From contig NC_043002.1 of assembly GCF_006345805.1 (NCBI RefSeq), positions 76,570,001-76,634,000 of the forward strand: a stretch of DNA of 64,000 nt. Direction: 5' to 3'. Every line of letters begins with the position of its first letter. Position 1 is the stretch's first letter. A program made the position numbers and the translations under genes. The notes beneath the pieces were generated by a model. The model was not told the DNA's origin. It ran no database searches and was given only the letters and a program-made list of their open reading frames with translations. Source of the stretch: Octopus sinensis. Lineage: Eukaryota. Below are positions 54,015-64,000 of this stretch, one piece after another.

Positions 54015-54301
54015 AGATCAATATTTAAGAGATGAGGAATTATGTACATTATTTACATTTGACGGATATGCGCACGGGCATATGGCGTAGTGGTTAAGAG
54101 CGCGGGCTACTAACCCCCAAGATTCCGAGTTCGATTCCAGGCAGTGACCTGAATAATAATAACATCGAAAAATACCTTAGGAATGAGAACCCAGGTTCGA
54201 AATTTCCCCAAGACACCTGATGAAGGCTGGAGGGTATATCAGCCAAAACGCTGTGTTAACAACAAACAAGATGAGGACAAATATCTGTCAATTGTAAATA
54301 G
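54015..54301 (+). mobile_element. Second copy of the tRNA-headed HHR element
   Basis: TSD AGTACTGTTTCTAC / AGTATTGTTTCTAC (54001-54014, 54302-54315); tRNA head 54076-54149; HHR 54212-54257 with GAAA>AAAA; short inverted 3' end upstream. Confidence 0.8.
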
Positions 54302-56189
54302 AGTATTGTTTCTACTTCAGATTTTCACCTATCGCGTGGGGTTTTGGAACGTAACACCCGCAATAGTCAAGGGATTACTGTACAATATTTATATTTCAAA
54401 CACATTTTCAAAAAGTCTTTGTTGAGATTACAATAGGAATGAGGACATTGTGTTATTAGTGAGGATACTGGGTGGGGGGTACAGGTTTTGTTTCAGACCT
54501 TTTTTTAAATGCTATTTTTCAATATCGATATCTCCTGATATACCAATATTTTGGTGGGTTCGGGTACGAAGCCCCACTCTGCACTTCATTCTCAGATAAC
54601 CCGAGGGCGGGTATAGTCAATTACAATTGCACTCGGTCCTTACTTGGTACTCGTTTCCATCAATCTCGGAATGATCACAGACGATGTCAATCTTGGCGAG
54701 ATATGAAGTCAGAACGGGAAAAATCATAACTAAAACAAAGTAATTTGTTCTACGATTTACTGTTTCTGGTTCCTTGGTTCTCTGAGAGCGAAGTGCAGGG
54801 TGGGACATCGTACTCAAGCTAACCAATTGTTTGGTATCACAGAAAATGTCTACTTATAAAACAAGCACTTAAAGAAAAAGACGGCCCGAAACAAGTTGTG
54901 TATTCTCACTGATAATACTATGTTTTGCTTATATTATAATGCTGATAAACACATTTTTGAAAATATTTTTTAAATATCAGTATCGTATCAGATTAAAATA
55001 TTTTATTTTTAAGAATCATCATAACCTCTTTCCCAGCGCCTCATGCGCGCGCACACACACACACACTCCCAAAAATGTGCTACTGCCCAGGCGAAGAACG
55101 AAGGGGCTATAGGACTGAGAAAACTCTGAGCGAAATGTATCCCTATTGGTTTAGAAACGCCACCAAAATGGTGTTCCATCTACAGACTCTGTGCCTCTTC
55201 TACAATTGCGTTAAAAATTAATATAATCACTTTTTTTTTTCGTGTCTCTATAGGATCAGTTTGCTGAAATTCCATCACATTATTCCAAGTATTATTTCAG
55301 TAATACCTACCAGAAAGTGGTTGTCTTTTTCTTTCTTTTCATTTTCCGCCTAACTTTGAATTTATAGTTAGTACAAATCTAGGACATTTTAAAAACTTTT
55401 TTTTACCCCTTACTGTCCCACGGTTCTGTTATATTTGTGTGTGTTTATTTCACTACCTCCACTCTTACTGATGGCTGGCAGTTACAGCTAGTTAACCAAT
55501 CATTCAACCCTGGCTATATCGCTGGCTTTCATCAACTGTTTACTGAAACAGCGTTGAGTTTTAATCGTTTTATTATTGTACTGCTACGATGAGGGTTTCC
55601 GTTTCTCTCATTAATCTTTTATTTCGAAACCAACTCCATTGTTCATCAATATTCTTTAACTAAATATAAAAAAAAAAGAGGAAGAGGGAAAAAATCTAAA
55701 AAAAAAGTGCTTTATATTTCTTTTATTCGAATCATTTAATCTGTTTCTACACACATTCCGAATCTATCAATCTTTCTGGTTCTGTGTGTAAAACTCTTGT
55801 GATCTTCACTTTTTCTGAAGCACTAGTGAGATCATACAAAAAAAGTCAGTGTTTCTGCGATGTTGAATAAGTTATTTGGAAACCTCGTTTTGATATTTTT
55901 CGTTTCCCGACACTGATTTGTCGACACAACCTTAGTTGATGTTGTTGAGACAGAGGGTCACTCAGATTAAAGGCATCCAAGCCATGACCAATCCATGACC
56001 AAATCCTTTTTCTAAGGCCCATCTAGGAGTACATTATCTAATATATCCTTACCACACGTTGGTGCAATTTGGGGACATTTAGCTGCTACTTCTAGCTGGT
56101 TAAAATACAGTCTACATAGAGGCTCCCTCGTTGGCTCGCATTGATTCGTTTAGCTTAAGGTCAGTTTTGACCAAGCTCCTTCCCAAGTC

Positions 56190-56400
56190 TGAGACACTCG
56201 TAGGGCCGGTCACCTAGATTCTCTGGCATACATGCTCCCTACTGGACGGGACGCCAGTCCGTCGTAGGAATATTCATTCTTGCCAGCTGAGTGGACTGGA
56301 GCAACGTGAAATGAAGTGTTTTGCTTAAGACCACAACGCGTCGCCCGGTCCAGGAATTGAAACCACAATCCAAGACTCTTACCACTAAGCCACGCGCCAC
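56190..56400 (-). mobile_element. Family C-head SINE with a different tail
   Basis: Shares GCCAGCTGAGTGGACTGGAGCAAC..AAGTGTTTTGCT..ACCACTAAGCCACGCGCC; tail CTGGACGGGACGCCAGTCCGTCG. Confidence 0.7.
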
Positions 56401-57169
56401 CAGTCTTTTTCAAGGACTGGCTATCTAAAACTACATTATCCGATGTCTTTCCTGTTTTAAGGTGGTACGATGTAATTTGAGAGAAGCTTAGCTTCGTTGC
56501 TATTTCTAGCAGTTTGAGCATCCATAGCGAGGCTCCACTTTGACTCATGCATAGTTAGCTGTTGAAGTGCCCTCATCCAGATCTTTACTTTGTTAATGCT
56601 AGTTGTTTAGTTCCGGTTCAACACCAAATAAAAATAAGATGAAAAATGTTCCCGCTGCGTCCATCTGACTCATCTTGGACGATGTTGTCCAATGCCATTT
56701 GCATGATAAGATGGCAGAATATGATTTGAGAAAGATTTCGCTGCTATTTCTAGCTGGCGAGGCGACCACGTAGTGGCAACCCTTATTGGTTTTAGTCTTG
56801 TACGTATCTGTATACAAAATACTAAGACTACATAACAGATCAGATATGTTTCTGAGATGAGGCTATGAATAATAACGATATCGTCTTTTTGTACTGATCG
56901 TCACGTACGCATCCACCACTCCATATGCTAGTCGTTAAAGACACTCCTCTAATCTCATCAAATCTTGGCAAGGACGTTGAACAGCGGAAAGTGTTACGTC
57001 AAGGAAAATGCAGTTGTGTAATATAGAGTTGGTGTAGCCAAGTGGTTAAGAAGTTTGCTTTGCATTCACAGGGTCGCAGGTTCCATACCACTGCGGAGCA
57101 TCATGGGAATTTTTTTTTTTTTTGAAATCATAGCCTCAGGTCGAATCAAGTCTTTTGGATCAATTAAGT

Positions 57170-57555
57170 ATGGCTGTGGTTAAGAAGCTCACTTTGGAAT
57201 TGCGTGCTCCATGCGGTTTCGGGTTCAGTCCCACCGCACAGCATTTTGGGCAAGTTCTTTATAAGTCCTGGTCGACTTAAAAAGTCGAGCGAATTCGGTA
57301 AAACGGAAACTGTGTAGAAGCTCATCGTATGTGTATGTTATATATGTGTGTGTATGTGTGTGTGAGCTCGTGCACCACCCCGCTTCGCAACCGGTGTTGG
57401 TTTGTTTACGTTTCCGTAACCTAAAGAGCCTCGGTAGAATAAATACCTGGCGTAAAAATAGGTACTGGGATCGGTTTTGAAATTTTTTTGTATTCAACCC
57501 TTCAAGACGGTACTGCAGCATGGCCGCAGTCCAATGACTGAAACCAGTAAACGAT
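57170..57555 (+). mobile_element. Diverged full-length family B SINE (degenerate head upstream at 57030)
   Basis: Head through CAGCATGGCCGCAGTCCAATGACTGAAAC. Confidence 0.75.
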
Positions 57556-58299
57556 AAGCGAAAACTACAGAAACCTGTCGAATGGATTACAACCGTAATT
57601 CAAAGATTCAGCTTTGTGACGTATTATGCCGATTCTACTTCAGAATTTGCATTAAGGATACTTGTATCTGTGTGATATCTCAATCACTTACACGATAATT
57701 TAACGAATAGCTTGTTCAGTTGATCGAACAAGTGAATGTCCATCGTTAAAACCGACGGAGGATCGGGCAAAGTGGTATAATGCAGTTAGAATCATTTCAA
57801 GTACCGTTTTCCTAGTACACTCTCTCACCACATGATCAGCACTATGTCATCACTACGTCATACTTCTTCTATCGGCTTTGTGTTCATCATTGCCGTCTCA
57901 CACTACTCTGTGTGTGTGTGAGAGGGGGGGGTTGAGTGAGACGTGATATGGAAGAGTGATGTTTAATGATAACAAGAGAAAAGGAAGGAACGGTTGAGAA
58001 ATGTAAGGAGTGGGGGGGGGGGAATGTTTGTTTAGTTGCAGAAGGAGTGTGTATGAAAGAGAGAGAGAGAGGGAGAGAATGGTGAAAGTAATAAAATATA
58101 AGAGAGTAGGTGACGAACAGATGGAAAGAGGCGTAGTTAGAGATAGAAACATGAAAGGAGAGAGGCAAAGATCTGGAGTTGTATGAACATGTATGAGAAT
58201 ATATATGTACATGCATGAACATTCGTATGCATTTTGTGTACGCTTGTGCAAATATGCCAATATATATATGCATGTATGTATGCGCGCGCACACACACGT

Positions 58300-58640
58300 A
58301 CACACATATAAATATGCACATGTATGTGTATGTTTGGGTGTGTATGTATGTATGTATGTATGTATGTATGTATGCGTGTGTGTGTGAATATACAACATAT
58401 AAATATGCACATGTATGCATGTATGTGTATGTTTGGGTGTCTATGTATGTATGCATGTGTGTGTGTGTGAATATACATGTACATGCACATGTATGCATGT
58501 ATGTGTATGTTTGGGTGTATGTATGTATGTATGCATGTGTGTGTGTGAATATGCACATGTATGCATGTATGTGTATGTTTGGGTGTCTGTATGTATGTAT
58601 GTATGTATGCATGCGTGTGTGTGTGTGTGTGTGAATATAC
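58300..58640. repeat. Minisatellite of ~55-70-bp units built from microsatellites
   Basis: Recurring ATGCACATGTATGCATGTATGTGTATGTTTGGGTGT. Confidence 0.8.
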
Positions 58641-59840
58641 ATGTACATGCACACACGTATAAAATGTATTTATATATATATATATATGTACATAAGCGTG
58701 CATATATATACACAATGTGATTGTATGTACTCGAATAATGATGGCGGACGCGATGGATACGGAGAATTGATATGAGAGGGAAAACTTTAATGGTGGTTGT
58801 TGTTGTTGTTGTTGTTGCGGTGATGGTGGTGGTGGTGGCGGTAATGTTTGGATGGGAGGATGGTGAGAGGGAGCAAGAAGGCAAGCAATCTGAAATGAAG
58901 CGTTCGCGCTGGTCATCTGTGAAATTAGATTTCTCGATGTCCACAATACGTTTGCGACACGCTTGACGCTGGACAATCAGCTTTAGACGAACACTAATCA
59001 ATCATCTTGTCCGCTTTGATTTCGTTTATTTCTCCACGAACGGGGACGAATGCGATTAAATATGTCGAAAAGTTTCGATTCTCTTAATCGGTCAGCCATA
59101 GACCGAGCTAAAACTACTCGATGTTAGATTAGTGGCAGGCGTTAGTTATGCCTTTACTTAATTGTAGAGGTGTTTAAGTGTGTGTCTGTGGTGGGTGGCG
59201 CCATTTCTAGCATGTTCTTTCCTGTTTTTTTTTTTTATTCTATCTTCTCTGTCGTTCATTTTTAATGTTTGTGCTGTTTTTTTTCTTTCTTAATCTTCTT
59301 TTCTCGTTTTGATTCTTTTATTTTTATATTTCAATTTCCTCTTTTTTTCTTTCGTTTCGTCCCTATTCTATGTACATCATCCTTTTTCTCTTTTTACTTC
59401 TTCGCATCTCCATTTTTCTTTTTTTCTTGTATTCTTTCTCTTTTGTTACTTTTATTTTACTTCTTTCCTGTTTTATCCCATTTTATCCTCAATTTTTGAC
59501 TTTTCCCGATTTTGCCTTTCTCCTTACGTTTTCCTATTTCCCCATTTTCCTCTATTTTTCTCCATTTCTCTCCAATTTTCTCCATTTTCTTCTGTTTACT
59601 CATTTCTTATGTTCCCCTTTCTCTCTTGTTTCCCCATTTATTCCCATTTCCCTATTATCGTACTAATTTGCCCTATTTTCCCCATTTCTTTTCTGTCTTC
59701 CTATATTTTCAAATTTTCCTGTTACCCCCCCCCCTTTTTTGTTCTTTGTCTTAATTTTTCTTCGAAGGTAATGGAGGTGAGATTTGAGGGAGATTTGGCC
59801 GCAGTTTCTAACTGGTCGCGCGAGCTGGTAGCAGCTCAGC

Positions 59841-60007
59841 CACTAGCGTAGCTAGCTAGGTTGGGTCGGTAGGAGCGGTCCTCCCCGGGCGGCACCTTTA
59901 AAGAGGCACCACTTTTGGGCCTACTGTAGGCAAAGTTTTTTTGTGGAGTCGGGGGGTGGCAAACGGAAGGGCTGTCCCGGGCGGCACGCATTCTAGCTAA
60001 GCTAGTG
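59841..60007. mobile_element. hAT-like MITE (167 bp)
   Basis: TIR CACTAGCGTAGCTAG / CTAGCTAAGCTAGTG; 8-bp TSD AGCTCAGC/AACTCAGC; two internal CCCGGGCGGCAC motifs. Confidence 0.75.
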
Positions 60008-60029
60008 AACTCAGCTCTCGCTAACACTG

Positions 60030-60595
60030 ATGATGAATGTTGATGAGGAAAGTGGTGTTCGTATTGGTAATAGTAGTGGTGGTGGTGGTGGTGGAAGTGA
60101 TATTTGCAATTATGATGGCGTTTGGCAATAGAATGGGTGGTGGTAGTAATGGTGGTGATGTTTGTAATAGATGTAGTAGTGGTAACAGTATTACTGTTTG
60201 CCATAGTGGTGATAATGATGATGTCGATGTTCACAATTGTATTGGTAGCCGCAACAATTCTACTGTTGCTGAAAGTTGTGTTGCTGTTGACAATAATGAT
60301 AATATGGATGACAATGACGGTTATGTTGACAGCAGTGGTGATGACGTTCTTGACCATAACGGTGATGATTAGTGTTAGTGACTGTAGCGATGGTGGTGGT
60401 ACTGACAAGGAGGTGGTGGTGTTTGCAATAGCGGGGTAATGTTGTGATAACGGAGGTGATTTATAGTGTTGTTCATAATGATGGAGACGGTAACGGTGAT
60501 GATGACGGCGGTGACGACGGTGGCGATTGTACTGTTGTGGACAATGGTGATGGTGGTGTCTTTGACAATAGTATCCTTGATGGTAATGTTCCTGT
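60030..60595. repeat. Low-complexity (GTG/ATG/TTG)-rich tract
   Basis: Direct reading; source of the spurious 423-aa ORF. Confidence 0.8.
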
Positions 60596-60596
60596 T

Positions 60597-60950
60597 GGAG
60601 TGGCTGTGTGGTAAGTAGCTTGCTTACGAACCACATGGTTCCGCGTTCAGTCCCACTGCGTGGTACCTTGGGCAAGTGTCTTCTACTATAACTTCGAGCC
60701 GACCAAAGCCTTGTGAGTGGATCTGGTAGACGGAAACTGAAAGAAGCCCGTTTTATATATATATGTGCATGTATCTGTGTGTGTATGTTTGTGTGTCTGT
60801 GCGTGTCCCCCCCCAACATCGCTTGAGAACCGATGTTGGTGTGTTTACGTCCCCGTAACTTAGCGGTTCGACAAAAGAGACCGATAGAATAAGTACTAGG
60901 CTTACAAAGAATTCCTCGACTAAAGGCGGTACTCCAGCATGGCCACAGGG
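60597..60950 (+). mobile_element. Family B SINE
   Basis: TGGAGTGGCTGTGTGG head through GGCGGTACTCCAGCATGGCC. Confidence 0.88.
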
Positions 60951-61795
60951 AAAATTGTGTCGCTATTAGCAACAGGAATAGTACTGGTGATGTTGAACTG
61001 TTCGTATCAGTAGTGTTTGCAAATAGGCGGCGAACTGGCAGAATCGTTAGCACGCCGGGGAAAAACTGCTTAGCGGCATTTCGTCCGTCTTTACGTTCTG
61101 AGTTCAAATACCACCGGAAGCTCGCCGCCTTATTCTCGATTCTATTCGAATATTTGTTTATATTTGCTTTTCCTTCTGATATTAAACAGCAAGCAGCCCT
61201 CGATGTAAACGAAGCATATCCAACGAAGCCAGGACGAAAAGATCAAACTTGACGTCCGGTTATGAGACAGTACAAATCCCTCTGATTACATCTGAACAAT
61301 TTATTTCGAATTCTGGTCATCACTATATGCCGATCAGCTATAGAAAACCCGAGGCGACATATTCTGACCCATTTGATCAAACTAGACAGGTAATGTGAAT
61401 GTTTCCCTTTTTTTGTTTTTTTAAGTCTTTTATTACCTAACTCTTACTTGGGGCACATCCTTGATAGGTTTAATCGAGCTAATCAACACCAGTCTAGTAC
61501 TTAATCCATCGTTCTCTTTTGCCTAACCGCTAAATTACGGAGACATAAACAAACCAACACTGGTTGTCAAGTGGTGAGGGGAATAAACATAATCACACAC
61601 ACACACATATATACATACACGACCAGCTTCTACACAGTTTCTGTCTACTAATTTCATTCACAGGGTATTGGTTGGCTCGAGGCTATAGGAAAAGACAGTC
61701 GCCCAAGGTGCCACGTAGTGAGAGTGAACCCCAAAAACCGCGTGCTTTCAACAAAGCGGGCTTCTTAACCACACTTTCACGTGTGTATGATTATA

Positions 61796-62012
61796 CGAGG
61801 AAATGGTGAAAAGAACCTGGCTTTAAGGGTATCGGGAAAAGCCTGTCTGGAGGCACAATCTTCAGAGTTCTTTTACAGACCTTAGAAAAACTGAAGGATC
61901 ACTGCAAAAAATGTGTGAACCTGAGAGATGAATATGTTGATTAAAATCATAATTCACTGATCCTTTTGTATTTTCTTTTACCCAAAGCCAGGAATTTTTC
62001 AACAGCCCCTTG
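61796..62012 (+). mobile_element. Mariner deletion derivative (MITE)
   Basis: TA TSD; ~30-bp TIRs CGAGGAAATGGTGAAAAGAACCTGGCTTT / AAAGCCAGGAATTTTTCAACAGCCCCTTG; internal CKKCVNLRDEYVD* matches the mariner transposase C-terminus. Confidence 0.8.
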
Positions 62013-62630
62013 TATATATCTTGCTAAATTTGGAGTTATATGGAGACTTTACCGAAAGAAAAGTCTACGTTCGCGTTACTGGAACTTAAAAACCAATTGA
62101 GTTTTCTATATACAGTGTTTATATCTATTACAGAATTTTGGTTAAAATTTGTAGGTATATTCTGTAGTATAGCATTGAAACAAAAACCATGTTAACATAT
62201 TAGTAATTCATTTTGCGAGTCACATGTCAAAAATGCGTTATGTATGCAAATCGGTCTATCCAACTTAACTTCTAAGCTTAAGTTTTATAAGTAATGTTTC
62301 CGTGGAAAGTTAAAAAGTATATTTGGTCGTTAATGAAATTCCAAAGCAGGATTGAAAATATTCCAGCGAATCACTCTTTCTGCTCGTGAAGATGTGGGAT
62401 ATAAAAACAATGTGTTCATATCTGTCTATTACATTGTATTAGCTAAAATCTATATATTCTGTAACATAGTATAGTATTTTGTGCGTGCGTGCGCGCGCAC
62501 ACACATTCGGAAAACGAACACGTGGAACAATATAGTAGAGTATATATTATTCTTTAGAAAACGGGATCGACATGGTTGGAATGCTGTCCAGCATATTTCA
62601 TTAAGGACATCCTGAGGTTATGTGATATAT

Positions 62631-62920
62631 ATCACATGATCGACCAGACTATCAGATGTTATACATCGCTGGTCACAATGCACATAGCATCAGTTTAGCT
62701 TTCTAATGCTGCTACACTGCTGGATAGGCGAGCAAGCCAACATTCCCTTTGAACGGAAGGCTCATCGGTCGCAGGGTAACCCATTGACAGCTGAGTGGAC
62801 TGGAGCAAAGGAAGTGAAGTGTTTTGCTCAAGAACACTGCGCAATGCTCGATCCAGGAATCGAATCTACGATCGAGCGATTGTGAGTACAACACGCCTTA
62901 CCACTAGATCACACACCTTC
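62631..62920 (-). mobile_element. Family C-head SINE with RTE-derived 3' tail
   Basis: Head/core as in 43956-44274; tail GTGCATTGTGACCAGCGATG..GTCTGGTCGATCATGTGAT resembles the RTE 3' end at 30179-30245. Confidence 0.7.
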
Positions 62921-64000
62921 ACACACTCACTCACACACAAACAAATGTGTATGTGTGTGTGTGTGTGTGTGTATAAACGTTATTTAGCTCCACGTTAGCC
63001 TTAATGAAACAGAAACATGATCGAAGGCATTCCAGCTTCGACCGTCTTATCTTACCAGGAATACTGTGCCCTGGACTATATGGTCCAATATATTTTTATT
63101 TCAAGGCGACGTGTTTTGAGAGAAACTGGCTTCTATTTCTAGCCAACTGGGCAACCACACAGCGACTCCCTCGTTGGTTCATGTAAATAAATCTGCCTCA
63201 GTGGCTAAACTGATACGTTTGAATAGCTATATATACAACACACACACACACACACATTCCTCCCCTTTGTAACCACATTATTATTAGCATAATGCTTGAT
63301 TCTGCAGTGCAGTGGTGTGACAGTCGTTTGAAACAACGACTTTAGTGTATTCTTTATTGTATCGCACGTTTGAACTGAGGGCATGCCTTCTCTTTGGTTC
63401 AGAAAGAGAAAAATAGAGGTGGTGGTGGTGGAAGGCGGGTTGGAGGAGAAATCGAGTTTGGTTTGGTAGAATTTCTACGAAGGAAAGAAAATTGCAGTGT
63501 GGAGCAATTTAGTTAAAGCATTAGTCATGTGGAATCTAAGAAAGCAAATGAGATGAGTATGTAATGGTAAGATTGATAGATTGATGATGGGATGAGAGAT
63601 TTTTGATTTTAAACACAACTAAATCGAAAGCGGCGAGGCTCTGAGATGCAGACGCCATGATAGCAGCGATAGAAGAAAACAGAATAAGGGTTTTTATCAA
63701 TTAATCTAAGAAATGTTAGCAATGGATGGAGTGGTGATGGTGGTGGTGGTGTTGTGGTGATGGTGGTGGTGAGGATGGGATATGGCTATATGAACAAAAT
63801 TTACACATATGAACAGATTGGATTTTCGTTAAGGTTAGATGGCTACAAAGAGCTAAATAGTTTTTGGCTTTGAAGTAGAAAACTAGTTTTTCTTCATCAC
63901 TGATTTATCTGTGTTGAAGATATGCAATTTCCCAAGGAAGGTCACATGAATAACACGGCATCGGTGGAGGGTTCTTTGAGTAAGAGGAGGTTGTTATCTA

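Noticed and set aside
54076-54149. Functional tRNA-Ser gene
   Set aside because: Acceptor stem does not close and the long variable arm is missing; it is the head of a mobile element flanked by a TSD.
57887-58976. 255- and 279-aa His/Thr/Tyr-rich ORFs and the many YIYI, HTHT and LSIY ORFs
   Set aside because: Translations of (TA)n, (CA)n, (CATA)n and (GATA)n microsatellites.
59836-61107. 423-aa ORF, the longest in the window
   Set aside because: Antisense read-through of two SINEs, a low-complexity GTG/ATG tract and a MITE; no domain.

Overview
Repeat-saturated, AT-rich eukaryotic genomic DNA, most likely a cephalopod (Octopus) intergenic or intronic region. This is inferred from tRNA-derived SINE families that resemble the Octopus OK/OR-type SINEs and from dense (TA)n, (CATA)n, (GATA)n and (TTA)n microsatellites. 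I found no recognisable host protein-coding gene; nearly all ORF-track entries are microsatellite or SINE read-throughs. The protein-like fragments I can identify come from decayed transposons: RLE LINEs (R4/Dong-like, HERO-like), CR1-like and RTE LINEs, Penelope-like (PLE) RT remnants, a Helitron helicase and a mariner C-terminus. There is also a solo LTR and several MITEs. The most notable signal is a set of type I hammerhead ribozyme (HHR) motifs in several unrelated non-autonomous elements: (1) a 1.25-copy tandem of a structured 490-bp monomer at 7786-8399 (retrozyme-like), whose 5' end sits about 11 nt from the predicted cleavage site; (2) a tRNA-headed, HHR-tailed element present twice (42.1 kb, 54.0 kb) with an inverted 3' end and 14-15 bp TSDs; (3) fold-back elements at 23.7 kb and 28.0 kb. 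With the PLE RT remnants, these suggest a PLE-driven family of ribozyme-bearing mobile RNAs. All folds were checked by eye and none is shown to be active. Scattered indels in the microsatellites suggest long-read assembly noise, so single-base 'mutations' may be errors.
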